From assembly GCA_021783235.1 (NCBI GenBank), contig JAJXUD010000001.1, forward strand, positions 170,580 through 234,579: a stretch of 64,000 nucleotides of DNA, given 5' to 3'. A program made the translations under genes and the position numbers. Shown piece by piece: positions 47,653-59,641 of this stretch. Within the stretch, counting starts at the first letter, position 1, and the number at the start of each line of letters is the position of its first letter. The notes beneath the pieces are model-generated. The model saw only the letters and a list, made by a program, of their open reading frames with translations. It made no database searches and was not told where the DNA came from. The DNA is from Myxococcales bacterium. GTDB taxonomy: Bacteria > Myxococcota > Myxococcia > Myxococcales > JAKAPL01.

Positions 47653-47993
47653 GGCCGGGCGGCGCGGAGCGGCTGCAGCGTCCCCGACCCCCGCGCCAGG
47701 TCGCCGAAGCGGACCTGCCCCTCCGTCCAGGCGACGCCCGCCGGGCGCAGCGGCTCCGCGGCCACCGGCGGCGTGGGCGGCAGCTCGAGAAGAGCGCGCG
47801 CGGGCGCCGCTCGACCAGCGCACCCCAAGGGCGAGAGCGCGCTCGACAGCGAGATGATCGTGGAGAGCACGGGCGGCGCGAGGAGTTGGAGGAGCGTCAT
47901 GGTGGGTCGAACCTGCCCGAGCCGTTCGCTGTTCCCGACCCCGACGAAAGCTCTTCGTTTTCGGGGCGCGCGGGACGTGCTAGACCTAAAGTG

Positions 47994-49079
47994 ATGCGCG
48001 CGCTCGTCATCTTCCTCTCCGTCCTGCCGGCCCTCGCCCCGATTCTCGCCAGCCCCTCCGTCGCGCGGGCCGAGATCCAGCCGGATTGGTACTCGAGCCT
48101 GGTCTCCGATCGCGGCCTCGAGATCGACGCCGACGTCCGGCTGTTCACGCTCTTTGCCGCCCTCAATTCGCTCGGCTACGACGACGGCCCGCTCGCCCGG
48201 AAGGATCCCATTCCTCGGCCCGCCCTCTCTGCCGCCCGCTTGCTGGTCCGGACCCGCGCCCCGGTTCCCCCCGCGCTCGCCGCGAGGTTCCAGGCCTTCT
48301 TCGACGCCCATCCCGCGCCGCTGCGAGCCTACGTCGCCTTCGTCACCTCGCTCGGCGCTCCTCCGGAGTTCGCGCCCGGAAGCCCGCCCGCAGAGGCCGC
48401 CTCCCTGAAGGGCTTCGAGGCTCTCCTCGCCGAGTACTACCGGACCACCGGGGTCGCCGCCGCCCATGCGGAGCTGCTCCCGCAATATCGGACGGCAATC
48501 GCCGGTTCGCTCACGAGTATGGATGCCGCATTCGCCTCCGCCGACCGGCTGCTCGCCTCCGCGCGGGGAGAGCAGCCCGCGCCGCCCGTGATCGCGCTCG
48601 ACCTGCTCGCGGCCCCCGGCAGCGGGTATGGCCTTCGCCAGGGGGGCGGAACCCTGATCTCGGTCGGCCCGGGCCCGTCGGGCGATCGGCCGGACGTCGA
48701 GCGCGCGATCGAGCTCTACGCGCAGGTCCGGGCCGGCGCCATGATCGAGGAGCGAGCCGCCGCCGTCCGCGGGCTCCCCGATCTCCTCGCCAAGGTGCGC
48801 CGGGCGCACCTCGCGGCGGGCGACCTCGCCCCCGGCGAGTACCTCTCCAGCTGCTTCTCCTTCGCCCTGGCGGCGAGTGCGATTCCCGAGGAGCGCGCCG
48901 CCGAGCTCGACCGGGCCGACGCCAACGGCTGCTGGATCTCGCGCGATCTCGAAAAGGTCCTCTCCGAGACGGCCTCCTCGCCGAGCGCGAGTCCGCTCGA
49001 CGCGCTGCTCACCGAGGGGTTGTCGGCGCTCGACCTCCGGCGCGTCGGCCCGGGCCCCGACCAGGCGGAAGGGCGCTGA
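47994..49079 (+). CDS. Hypothetical secreted protein
   Basis: MRALVIFLSVLP... signal peptide; the real gene is the 3' part of the long ORF-track ORF. Confidence 0.65.
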   Translation: MRALVIFLSVLPALAPILASPSVARAEIQPDWYSSLVSDRGLEIDADVRLFTLFAALNSLGYDDGPLARKDPIPRPALSAARLLVRTRAPVPPALAARFQAFFDAHPAPLRAYVAFVTSLGAPPEFAPGSPPAEAASLKGFEALLAEYYRTTGVAAAHAELLPQYRTAIAGSLTSMDAAFASADRLLASARGEQPAPPVIALDLLAAPGSGYGLRQGGGTLISVGPGPSGDRPDVERAIELYAQVRAGAMIEERAAAVRGLPDLLAKVRRAHLAAGDLAPGEYLSSCFSFALAASAIPEERAAELDRADANGCWISRDLEKVLSETASSPSASPLDALLTEGLSALDLRRVGPGPDQAEGR

Positions 49080-49778
49080 TTGAACCACCGCCTGTTCCAG
49101 CTCCTCGTGGCGGCCCACGGCGCCCCCGCCTACGGGCTCGTCTTCTCCGTGCTGCTCGCGTGCGGCTTCGGGCTGCCCCTGCCCGAGGACGTCGCGCTCG
49201 TCACCGGGGGCTACCTCGCCTTCACGGGGGCGGCGAACCTGTGGCTGATGCTGACCGTGGGCTTCGCCGGAATCCTCTGCGGCGACCTGCTCGTCTACTC
49301 GGCCGGAAGACGCTACGGCGGCAGCGTCACCCGGACCCGCTGGCTTCGCCGCTACTTCACCGAATCGAAGCGGGAGCGGGTCGAGGGCTATTTCGCGAAG
49401 TACGGGCAGGGCATCGTCGTCCTCGCCCGCTTCCTGCCGGGCATCCGGGTCCTCACCTACTTCACCGCCGGCGCGGCCCGGCTCGGCCTCGTCCGCTTCC
49501 TCGTCTTCGACGCGCTCGCGGCCTGCGTCTCCGCGCCGCTCTGGGTGCTCGTCGGCCACCACCTCGGCCGCCACCTGCAACAGGCGGTCCATTGGGTCGA
49601 GCGGGCGCATTCCACGCTGATCGTGGCCGCCGCGCTGATGGGAATCGGGCTCGTCCTCTACATCGTTCGGCGCAGCAGCGCGCCCTCGGCGAGGCGCCGC
49701 GCGGCACAGCCCCCCCCCGAGGCGGCGGAGCTGCCGATCGAGCGCCCCCAGGCGAAGCCGATGGGGCGGGTCGGCTGA
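49080..49778 (+). CDS. DedA family membrane protein
   Basis: 'GLPLPED', 'GDLLVYSAGRRYG', 'ARFLPGIR'. Confidence 0.9.
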   Translation: MNHRLFQLLVAAHGAPAYGLVFSVLLACGFGLPLPEDVALVTGGYLAFTGAANLWLMLTVGFAGILCGDLLVYSAGRRYGGSVTRTRWLRRYFTESKRERVEGYFAKYGQGIVVLARFLPGIRVLTYFTAGAARLGLVRFLVFDALAACVSAPLWVLVGHHLGRHLQQAVHWVERAHSTLIVAAALMGIGLVLYIVRRSSAPSARRRAAQPPPEAAELPIERPQAKPMGRVG

Positions 49779-49794
49779 AGGTCAGGCGAGCGGC

Positions 49795-50904
49795 TCAGCG
49801 CTTCGCCGCCGCCACCGGGGCCTCGCTCTTGGCGGGGAGCCGCAACAACGAGTAGCTCGCCTTCCCGTCCTGGATCCGGAGGACCGCCGCGAGCCCGTGG
49901 GCCGTCGTGCCATCGTTCATGGCCCAGGGGACGGTGTCGGCGGCGCCCGGGTCGAGGTAGAGCTCGAGGGAGACCTCGTCCGGTCCGATCGCCCGGTCGC
50001 CATGAAGCGAGGTCGCGTTACCCCCGGCCTCGATGATGTTCGCGAAGACGCCGAAGTGGATCTGGTTCGTCGCGAGGAAGTCCGTCAGGTTCGGATCACC
50101 CACGTTCCCCGGTGGGCTCTGGACGCGGTCGATGGCGTGCAGCCCCTCCCCGTGCGGGGGCCCGTGCGACGCGAGGACGACCGTCGACTTGAGCTGCGAG
50201 GCGAGCCGGCCGAGCGCCTTCAGATCGTCCGTGTGGTAGAGGCAGCCGTCGGCTCCGGCGATCAGGTAACGGGGATCGTGGTAGCCCGGAAGCGACAGCA
50301 GGGCCACCGAGCCGAGGTCCACCTCGCGGGCCCGGCTCAGGTTGAAGACGTTCGGAAACTCCTTCTGCACGCTCGAGATCGCGTCCAGAAAGCCGCCCTT
50401 CGGCTCGCGGTTTCCGATGAGGACGAGGACCGGTAGCCCTGACTTCGCGATGGGTCGGAGAACCCCCGCGATCGCCTCCGCGGAGTCGCCGCTGTCGCCG
50501 TCGACGAGGATCGCCTGCGCCCCCTTCTGCTTGAAGAACTCGAGGTAGGAGCCGATCGCCTGCAGATTCGCCGGGCTCGGCTCGTTCACGTTGGCGAGGA
50601 CTCCCAGGACGACCGGACCCGTCTTCGGGACGTCGAGCGTCAGCTTGTAGCCGTTCAGCGTGGCGCTGTGGCCGGCGTACGTCACTGTCTCGGGCACCGA
50701 GAAGTCGAGTGGCCCGAGGCACTCGGGATCGCTCTTCCCCGACGTCGACGGGGCGAAGGTCACCGGGCCGGCCGCCACGGGCGCCGCTGCCTGAACGGGG
50801 CTCGCCGCGGGCGCAGCCTTCGGCCCGCTCGCCTCCGTCCCCTTCTGGCAGCCGAGAGTCAGCGATCCTCCGGCGAGGAGAAGCAGCGAGAGCCTGCGCA
50901 CCAT
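49795..50904 (-). CDS. Metallophosphoesterase-like lipoprotein
   Basis: Lipobox 'TLGC'; 'GD', 'GNRE', 'SHGPP' motifs (divergent). Confidence 0.65.
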   Translation of the reverse strand: MVRRLSLLLLAGGSLTLGCQKGTEASGPKAAPAASPVQAAAPVAAGPVTFAPSTSGKSDPECLGPLDFSVPETVTYAGHSATLNGYKLTLDVPKTGPVVLGVLANVNEPSPANLQAIGSYLEFFKQKGAQAILVDGDSGDSAEAIAGVLRPIAKSGLPVLVLIGNREPKGGFLDAISSVQKEFPNVFNLSRAREVDLGSVALLSLPGYHDPRYLIAGADGCLYHTDDLKALGRLASQLKSTVVLASHGPPHGEGLHAIDRVQSPPGNVGDPNLTDFLATNQIHFGVFANIIEAGGNATSLHGDRAIGPDEVSLELYLDPGAADTVPWAMNDGTTAHGLAAVLRIQDGKASYSLLRLPAKSEAPVAAAKR

Positions 50905-51092
50905 GGGAAGCCTCCGGGGACGTTGCGGGTTCGACGAAGCGGGGCCGGAGTATAGGGGGGAGCCCGGCTACCGGGCAAGCGAGGTCGGAGGCCTCGCGCC
51001 GCGGGCCCACCGGCTCGCGAATGAAGGATCAACGAGTGCCGAACGTCAGCCCCGCGATCTAGCTTTCAACCATCGTCTCTTGGAGGTTCGAA

Positions 51093-51275
51093 TTGAGGGC
51101 GCCAAGCTCCAATCCCGTCGTCGTCGTCAAGCCTCGACCCCGCTGCCAGGCGCCGAACTGCGTCGAGAGCGCGCTGGTCCGCTGCCCGATCCACCAGAGC
51201 CTGCTCTGCCCGGTCCATTTTCGAGACCACGCCCTGGAGAAGGGCTGCCGCCAGCTCCCTCCGGGCGCCGGCTAA
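51093..51275 (+). CDS. Small putative Zn-finger protein
   Basis: C-x4-C...CPIH...C..H..H pattern; low certainty. Confidence 0.35.
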   Translation: MRAPSSNPVVVVKPRPRCQAPNCVESALVRCPIHQSLLCPVHFRDHALEKGCRQLPPGAG

Positions 51276-51739
51276 CCTCTCAGGGCAGCCTCGACGAGCA
51301 CGTTCCGCATCCCGTCGAGCGAGCTGCCGACCTGGCTGGCGATCGCCATCATCAACTTCAGGCAGGCCTGCGGCTTCTGGGCCTGCAGCCGCTGGAAGTC
51401 GCGGGCCCGAAGCTCGAGCACCAACGTGTCCTCGGAGGCGACCGCGCTGACCAGCCGGGCCCCGCTCGCGTGGAGTAGCGCCATCTGCCCCAGCGCCTCG
51501 CCGGGTCCCAAGGTGGCGAGTGGCTGGTCGGTCCGGTCGGGGCGCTTGAGGACGACCTGGACCGAGCCCGTCTGCACGACGTACATGGCGTCCGAGGCCA
51601 TTCCCTCGACGAAGAGCGGCATGCCAGCCCGGACGGAGCGCTCCGCCGCGATCGTCGCTAGAATCGCGAGGCCGGTCTCCGAGAAACCTTTGAACAGGTC
51701 GCACTTCGAAAGCGCCTGCGCCGCGCCCTGCATCGCCAT
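51272..51739 (-). CDS. Cyclic nucleotide-binding domain protein
   Basis: AAGGAG RBS; 'LFVEG', 'YVVQTGSVQV', 'GEALGQMALL...RLVSAVA'. Confidence 0.85.
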   Translation of the reverse strand: MAMQGAAQALSKCDLFKGFSETGLAILATIAAERSVRAGMPLFVEGMASDAMYVVQTGSVQVVLKRPDRTDQPLATLGPGEALGQMALLHASGARLVSAVASEDTLVLELRARDFQRLQAQKPQACLKLMMAIASQVGSSLDGMRNVLVEAALRG

Positions 51740-51884
51740 CCCCGCTCCTTTTCGAGAACGACCGTCGAGCTCATCCTCCCGGCAGCTGGGCCGAGCTGTC
51801 AACCCGCCGTTCAGCGGCAGGGGCGGGCAGGGTTGATTCCGGATCCGAACCTTCGATAATCTCCGCGGCGAGGGAGGAGTCGTT

Positions 51885-53777
<1,893 letters not shown>

Positions 53778-53813
53778 GGCCGCGAGCGAGCCCCCTCCCG
53801 TCCCCTCCGAGCG

Positions 53814-54209
53814 TCAGGTCGCGGCGCGGCTCCTCCGGCCGAGCCAGCGCGTCGCCGCCAGCGCGAAGAGCGCGCCCAGCCCGCTGCCGATTCCGTCGGC
53901 GACGACGTCCCCGAGCTCGGCGTCTCTCCCGGGCACGAAGCTCTGGTGCAGCTCGTCGCTCGCCCCGTAGAGCAGCCCGATCAGCGCGACCCAGCCGAGC
54001 AGCTCGCGTCCCTCGAGGCGGGACGCCAGCGCGATCCCGAGGCAGAGGCCGAGCCCGCCGTACTCCGTCAGGTGGAGGAGCTTGTCCCAGACCCTCGCCG
54101 TGAGTCCGGGCAGCGGGTTCGACTGGGTCGAGAGATAGAAGATGATCCCCGCGTAGGCGACGACCAGGAGCCAGGCGAGCGGGCGCCAGCGTCTCGGAGC
54201 GCCGATCAT
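53814..54209 (-). CDS. VanZ family protein
   Basis: 'DKLLH..EY', 'YGASDELHQSFVPGR...D..AD'. Confidence 0.9.
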   Translation of the reverse strand: MIGAPRRWRPLAWLLVVAYAGIIFYLSTQSNPLPGLTARVWDKLLHLTEYGGLGLCLGIALASRLEGRELLGWVALIGLLYGASDELHQSFVPGRDAELGDVVADGIGSGLGALFALAATRWLGRRSRAAT

Positions 54210-55585
54210 GCGACGACCGGCAGCGGAAGGTGCCGCGGTGCGGCCGCGGGAACGAGCGGCGGCTCGACGAGCGACGCGAGGCGACCGCCCAGCGAGGCCG
54301 TCGTCGCCTCCTCGACGCGGACCCGAACGATCGAGCCCGGCTCGGCGTCTCCCTCGAAGTGGACCACCCAGTTCTCGGAGGTGTGGCCGCAGCGCCGCGC
54401 GGGATCGGACTTCGAGGGCCCCTCGACCAGGACCTCCACCTCGGTGCCAATCGCCCGCTCGTGGAGCTCACGGGTGACGCGGCGCTGGATCGCCTGGAGC
54501 CGCTCGAGCCGCGCGAGCTTCACGGGTTCGGGCACGAGCCCCCAATCGCGCTCCCGGAGCCGTGCGGCGGTGTGGGGCCGGGAGGAGTAGACGAACGAGT
54601 AGAGGTTGTCGAAGCGGACGCGCTCCAGCAGCCCGAGCGTGGCCTCGAAGTCGTCCTCCGTCTCGCCGGGGAAGCCCACGATGACGTCGCTCGTCAGCGC
54701 CACGTCCGGCGACGAGGCGCGAAGCCGCGCGACCTTCGCCTCGTACTCCGCCGCGGTGTAGCCGCGGCGCATCCGCTCGAGGACTCCGTCCGAGCCCGAC
54801 TGGAAGGGCAGGTGCAGGTGGCGGCGAAGCGACCCGAGCTCGGCGAAGCAGCGGACGAGCCCCTCCCCGAAGTCCTGTGGGTGGCTCGTCGTGAAGCGCA
54901 GCCGGGCGAGCCCCGGGACCGAGGAGACGCGGCGCAAGAGCTCCGGGAAGTCGCAACCGCCCGAGAACGAGTTGACGTTCTGGCCGATGAGCGTGACCTC
55001 GCGGACGCCGACCCGCACGAGATCGTCCACCTCGGAGACGATCTCGGCGTAAGGGCGGCTCTGCTCGCGCCCGCGCGTGCGCGGCACCACGCAGAAGCTG
55101 CAGACGTTGTCGCAGCCCTTCATGGCGGTGACGAAGGCGGTCACCCGTCCGCGGGACTGCTCCGGGTCGGCGCGCGGAAAGAGGTACTCGGAGGAGTCCA
55201 TCCAGTCGGTCCGGGCGCCGGCCCGGACCCCCCGCCGCGCCTCCGCCACCAGCTCCGGGAGCGCGGCGAGGTTGTCGGGGCCCAAGACGAAGTCGACGAA
55301 CGGGGCCCGCCGCAGCAGCCTCTCCTTCTCCTGCTGGGCGACGCAGCCCGCGACGCCGAGGAGCGCGCCGCCCCCGCCCTTCTGCCGCTTGTAGCGGCCG
55401 AGCGCGGAGTAGAGCTTCTGCTCCGCCTTCTCGCGGATGGCGCAGGTGTTGACGAGGATGAGGTCGGCGTCCTCGGGCGCTTCGGCGTCCGCCCAGCCGT
55501 CGCGGCGGAGCGCCTCGAGCATCCGCTGCGAGTCGCTCTCGTTCATCTGGCAGCCGAAGGTGTGGATGTAGACTCGGTTCCCCAT
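54206..55585 (-). CDS. miaB: tRNA methylthiotransferase MiaB
   Basis: 'TFGCQMN', 'NTCAIREKAE', CxxxCxxC, TRAM domain. Confidence 0.95.
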   Translation of the reverse strand: MGNRVYIHTFGCQMNESDSQRMLEALRRDGWADAEAPEDADLILVNTCAIREKAEQKLYSALGRYKRQKGGGGALLGVAGCVAQQEKERLLRRAPFVDFVLGPDNLAALPELVAEARRGVRAGARTDWMDSSEYLFPRADPEQSRGRVTAFVTAMKGCDNVCSFCVVPRTRGREQSRPYAEIVSEVDDLVRVGVREVTLIGQNVNSFSGGCDFPELLRRVSSVPGLARLRFTTSHPQDFGEGLVRCFAELGSLRRHLHLPFQSGSDGVLERMRRGYTAAEYEAKVARLRASSPDVALTSDVIVGFPGETEDDFEATLGLLERVRFDNLYSFVYSSRPHTAARLRERDWGLVPEPVKLARLERLQAIQRRVTRELHERAIGTEVEVLVEGPSKSDPARRCGHTSENWVVHFEGDAEPGSIVRVRVEEATTASLGGRLASLVEPPLVPAAAPRHLPLPVVA

Positions 55586-55758
55586 CTGGACGGCCCCTCT
55601 ACCACGTCCCGGCCAGCGGGCGCGAGGGAGATGGGCGGGCTCGGCAGCGGCGGCGGCGTGCAGGCCCGGGCCACGAAGAGCGCGAGGACGAGCGCGGCGA
55701 CCAGGGCGGCGATCCCCAGCTCGAACGTGTGCCAGATGACCAGCCGCTTCGCCTCCAC
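55543..55758 (-). CDS. Small hypothetical membrane protein
   Basis: One TM segment; fills the gap in the operon. Confidence 0.4.
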   Translation of the reverse strand: MEAKRLVIWHTFELGIAALVAALVLALFVARACTPPPLPSPPISLAPAGRDVVEGPSRWGTESTSTPSAAR

Positions 55759-55797
55759 CCTGGAAAGCTGGGGCGCGCCGCGCCCGGCCGAAAGCCC

Positions 55798-57192
55798 TCA
55801 GCTCGGGACGATCGAGTCGGCGAGCTTCTCGAGGTCGGCGACGCAGGAGACGATCGCCACCTGGCTCACCTGCCGCTCGTAGGTCAGCATCTCGCTGTCC
55901 CCGAGCCCCCACGACGAGCGGGGCTCCGGGCAGATCCAGACGACGCGGCGGGCCTTGAGCTTCAGCTCCCGCAGCGCCCAGGCGTTTGCCGGGTTGTAGT
56001 TGTTCCGCCCGTCCCCGATGACCATCACCGTCGTCCGCCGCGTGACCGCGCCGAGTTCGGTTCGGACGAACTGCGAGAGGGCCCGCCCGTAGCTCGAGTT
56101 CTCCGTGAGGCTGACCACCCTTCCGACGACCGAGGGATCGACCGCCCGCCGCACGTCCAGCTCGCGCAGCTCGCGGGTGATCTCGCCGATCTCGCTCACG
56201 AAGACGTAGCTGCGCACCCGCGCGAAGAGCGACTGGAGCGTGTGCAGGAACAGCAGCATGAGCCGGCTCGTGGTGCGGACCGAGTCCGAGACGTCGCAGA
56301 GCACCACCACGTCCGGCCGGGCGGGGCGCCGGCCCCGGAACGCGACGCGCGCGGGGTAGCCCCCGGCCGAGAGGTTCAGGCGGAGCGTCCGGCGAACGTT
56401 CAGCGCGCCGCGGCGCCGCAGCCGCTGGCGCCGGAGCATCCGGGCCTTGAGCCGCTCGGCCAGCCGCCGGACCGTCCCCTCCATGTCGTCGATCTCTTGC
56501 TGCGAGAGGAGCGCGAACGGCTTCTCCTCGGGGGCCCCCGCGGGCTTGCCCGCGAGTCGGGCCTCTGCCTCGCCCTCGACCAGCCGGCGGACCGACCGCT
56601 CGAGCCCCTCGAGCGCCGCTCGAAGCCGCTGGCCGATGGCCTCGAGCGCCTTCGGGTCGAGCCCCCGGGCCCGCAGGTCGGCCTCGAGCTCCGCGAGCTC
56701 GCGGGCGACGCCTCCGAGCCCCGCCGCGGAGCCCAGCCGCCTCGCGTAGAAGCCTTGCTGCAGCGTCGAGGACATCTGGCCGAGGTCGAGCCGCAGCGCC
56801 GCCCCGCGCAAAAGCGAGGTCACCTGGGCGGCGTCGCCCTCGAGGGCGGCGCGGGTGAGCGGCGAGAGCGGCCGGTTCTGCAGCTCCCAGGCGAGCATCC
56901 GCAGCGTGTCCTCGTCCAGCGCACCCTCCTCTTGGAGCCGCGCCAGGATCCCGGCCTCGATCTCCCCGAGCAGGCCGACGACCCCGGAGAAGAAGAGCTC
57001 GAAGGCCTCGCGGAAGGGCTGCCGGTCGCGGGACCGCTTGACGAGCGCGCTCTCGAGCGCCGCGCGGACCTCTTCCTTCCGGCCGAGGTCGACCCAGCCG
57101 AGGGCGGCGCTGGCGTCCACGAGCTCCGCCGTGGAGACGCGCAGCCCGCGCTGCCGCAGGAGCCCCGCGAGCTCGACGAGCCGCGCCTCCAC
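55798..57192 (-). CDS. VWA domain protein (CoxE-like)
   Basis: 'VVLCDVSDSV' MIDAS motif, 'IGDGRNN'. Confidence 0.85.
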   Translation of the reverse strand: MEARLVELAGLLRQRGLRVSTAELVDASAALGWVDLGRKEEVRAALESALVKRSRDRQPFREAFELFFSGVVGLLGEIEAGILARLQEEGALDEDTLRMLAWELQNRPLSPLTRAALEGDAAQVTSLLRGAALRLDLGQMSSTLQQGFYARRLGSAAGLGGVARELAELEADLRARGLDPKALEAIGQRLRAALEGLERSVRRLVEGEAEARLAGKPAGAPEEKPFALLSQQEIDDMEGTVRRLAERLKARMLRRQRLRRRGALNVRRTLRLNLSAGGYPARVAFRGRRPARPDVVVLCDVSDSVRTTSRLMLLFLHTLQSLFARVRSYVFVSEIGEITRELRELDVRRAVDPSVVGRVVSLTENSSYGRALSQFVRTELGAVTRRTTVMVIGDGRNNYNPANAWALRELKLKARRVVWICPEPRSSWGLGDSEMLTYERQVSQVAIVSCVADLEKLADSIVPS

Positions 57193-57193
57193 C

Positions 57194-58456
57194 TCAGGCC
57201 GCCCGCCGCTCGAGGCCGACGACGGCCTCGAGGTGATAGGTCTGCGGGTAGAGGTCGAGGACGGCCGCGCTCGCGACCCGGTGGCCGAGCCGGACGAGCT
57301 CCCCCACGTCCCGCGCCAGCGTGGCGGGGTCGCAGGAGACGTAGGCGATGCGACGCGCGCCGAGCCCGCCCAGCAGCCGGACCGCGCCGCGGGCGCCGGC
57401 GCGCGGCGGATCGAGCAGCACGGCGTCGAACGATCCGACCGGCCGGAAGGACTCGACGCGCGAGGCCACCCACTCGACCCGGCTCTCGAGCTCGGCGGGC
57501 GTGGCGCGCCGGGCGAGCTCCAGCGCGACCCCCTCCTCCTCCACGGCGACGACGCTCCCGGCGGCCCGCGCGAGGGAGAAGGTGAAGTTGCCGGAGCCGC
57601 AGTAGAGCTCGAGCAGCCGCTCGCCTGGCCGCGGCGAGAGCGCCCCGAGCGCTTCGTCGACGAGCCGCCGGTTTCCCTCGCGGCTCGCCTGCGCGAAGAC
57701 GTCGGGCCGCAAGAGCGCCTCGCCGTCCCAGAGCGCGGGCTCGGCCAGCGCCCGCCGCCGCTCGCCGCCGCGGACCACGAGCCCCGCGAAGCCGTCGAGC
57801 CGTTCGAGGAGCCGCGTGGCCGCGCGGACCGCCGGCTCGAACGGAGCGCCCTCCCCCAGCACGAGCTCCGCCGAGGCCCGGCCGGCCTCGCAGATCTCGA
57901 CGTGGGCGAGGCCCGGAACGGGCTCTTCGAGCAGCGCCGAGCCGAGCCGCCGGACGGCGGCCTCGAGCGGCTCGGTGAGGAGCTCGCAGCCGGAGGAGTC
58001 CCCGAAGACCGGGACGATCCGCCGGGAGCCGCGCGCGAAGAGGCCGAGCGCCCAGCCAGGCCCCAAAGCGAGCCGAGCGCGCCGCCGGTAGCGCCGGGCG
58101 AGCGGCGCCGCGATCGCCCGGATCTCCGGCAGCTCGTCCGACGGGATCTTCCCCAGCCGCCGCAGCGCCTGCGCCAGCGTCTCTCGCTTCGCCTCGAGCT
58201 GCGCCTCGGGGGAGAGGTGCTGCCACTGGCAGCCGCCGCACTCCCCCACCTTCGGGCACGAGGCGCGGACCCGCCCGGGCCCCGGCTCGACGACGCCCGA
58301 GAGCGTCGCGCGGAGCGGGTTCTCGCGCCCGGGCAGGAGCTCCGCCTCCACGAGATCCCCAGGCGCGGTTCCCGGCACGAAGACCGCGCGGCCCTCGAGG
58401 CGGGCGACCCCGTCGCCGCCGTGCGCGAGAGTGTCGATGCGAAGCGTCGCGCCCAT
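57194..58456 (-). CDS. RNA (uracil-5)-methyltransferase, RlmD/TrmA family
   Basis: TRAM domain, 'CGGCQWQH', 'LYCGSGNF', 'DPPRAG', 'YVSCDPATLARD'. Confidence 0.9.
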   Translation of the reverse strand: MGATLRIDTLAHGGDGVARLEGRAVFVPGTAPGDLVEAELLPGRENPLRATLSGVVEPGPGRVRASCPKVGECGGCQWQHLSPEAQLEAKRETLAQALRRLGKIPSDELPEIRAIAAPLARRYRRRARLALGPGWALGLFARGSRRIVPVFGDSSGCELLTEPLEAAVRRLGSALLEEPVPGLAHVEICEAGRASAELVLGEGAPFEPAVRAATRLLERLDGFAGLVVRGGERRRALAEPALWDGEALLRPDVFAQASREGNRRLVDEALGALSPRPGERLLELYCGSGNFTFSLARAAGSVVAVEEEGVALELARRATPAELESRVEWVASRVESFRPVGSFDAVLLDPPRAGARGAVRLLGGLGARRIAYVSCDPATLARDVGELVRLGHRVASAAVLDLYPQTYHLEAVVGLERRAA

Positions 58457-58486
58457 GACGGGACCGGCTCGGCCCTGGCGCCGCTC

Positions 58487-58867
58487 CTACCGCTTGGACT
58501 GGGGCGGCTCGGGCAGATCCTTCTGCAACTTGTCGACGAAGGCGGCGATGCGGCCGCGCTTCTCGTCGTCGATGTCGACGAACTCGATTCCCATCCCCGG
58601 GACGAGGTTCGAGGCGTTGTCGAACTCGTTCACCCACGAGACCTTGCCCTGGAGATCGAACGGGAAGGCGGCGTCGGGCAGCGAGACGATGAGCCGCACC
58701 TGCGAGCCGACGGGGAGCGGCGTGCGGGTGTTCACGAAGAGGCCGCCCTTCGAGATGTTGACCGCCCAGTCGGTGATGAAGCCATCGACGGTTCGGTACG
58801 CCACGAGGATCTCGTGGTGGAGCCGCTGCGCCTTCCGCTCCTGGCGCTTGCCCTTCGCCGCGTCCAT
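58487..58867 (-). CDS. PilZ domain protein (TIGR02266-like)
   Basis: 'ERKAQR', 'NISKGGLFV', 'GMGIEF'. Confidence 0.85.
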   Translation of the reverse strand: MDAAKGKRQERKAQRLHHEILVAYRTVDGFITDWAVNISKGGLFVNTRTPLPVGSQVRLIVSLPDAAFPFDLQGKVSWVNEFDNASNLVPGMGIEFVDIDDEKRGRIAAFVDKLQKDLPEPPQSKR

Positions 58868-59004
58868 GGCCGGCGACTATAGCACCCCGCCGGCCGGCCC
58901 GCCAAAGAAGCGTCGGCTTCGATCGGGCTCGTTCGCGAGCGTTGTCCGAAAGGGGGGCCCTCTGTTATTGATGAAAACGGGTCAGCTCTCGCCGGGGAGG
59001 GAAC

Positions 59005-59628
59005 ATGCGCCAGACTCTCGTGAAAGTCTTCGTCGCCGCGCTTCTCTCGGCTTCGGCCGGCGGCTGCTCCGGAGGGGGCGGTGGGACGGTTCCCGGCGGA
59101 GGCGGATCGACCGGAGGGACCTCCGGAGGATCGTCCTCGGGCGGAGCCGGCGGCGGCCTCTCCGGATCGCTCGCCTTCACGCCGAGCTTCCAGGGGCTCG
59201 AGCTGAGTCTGCTCCCTGACGGCGGCGTCGACCCGACTCGGCTCGGCGTCCTGGTCGCGGACGCCGACTGGGGTGACGCCTGCGACGCGGGCATCTCCCC
59301 CGCCGCGCCCCATTCGCTCGGGCTCTCGCTGTCGAGCCTTCCGGATCCCATCCAGCCGGGCAGCTACGGGCTCCCCGTCGGAGGCGGCTACGCCACCTTC
59401 GCGACCTACCAGGCGATCTCGGGTGGCTTCGAGGCGACGGGCATGTACGCCGCCGTCTCGGGGACGATCACCCTCACCTCCTACGACGGCGGCGAGGCGA
59501 CCGGCTCCTTCGACCTCGTCTTCGACGGAGGCTCCCAGCTGCAGACGAACGGGATCGACGCCGGGTTCTTGAGCGGCACCCTCTCCGGAAGCTTCGACGC
59601 CCGCTACTGCTTCGGTTCGTCGTTCTGA
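59005..59628 (+). CDS. Hypothetical lipoprotein
   Basis: Lipobox 'AGGC', Gly-rich linker, beta-rich domain. Confidence 0.7.
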   Translation: MRQTLVKVFVAALLSASAGGCSGGGGGTVPGGGGSTGGTSGGSSSGGAGGGLSGSLAFTPSFQGLELSLLPDGGVDPTRLGVLVADADWGDACDAGISPAAPHSLGLSLSSLPDPIQPGSYGLPVGGGYATFATYQAISGGFEATGMYAAVSGTITLTSYDGGEATGSFDLVFDGGSQLQTNGIDAGFLSGTLSGSFDARYCFGSSF

Positions 59629-59641
59629 CGCCGGCCGCGAT

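Noticed and set aside
43578-47990. 1833-aa ORF and other long Arg/Pro/Gly-rich ORFs (e.g. 5072-9589, 14145-17420, 41143-44082)
   Set aside because: Shadow frames of real genes in high-GC DNA; only the 3' part (47994-49079) of the 1833-aa ORF looks like a real protein.
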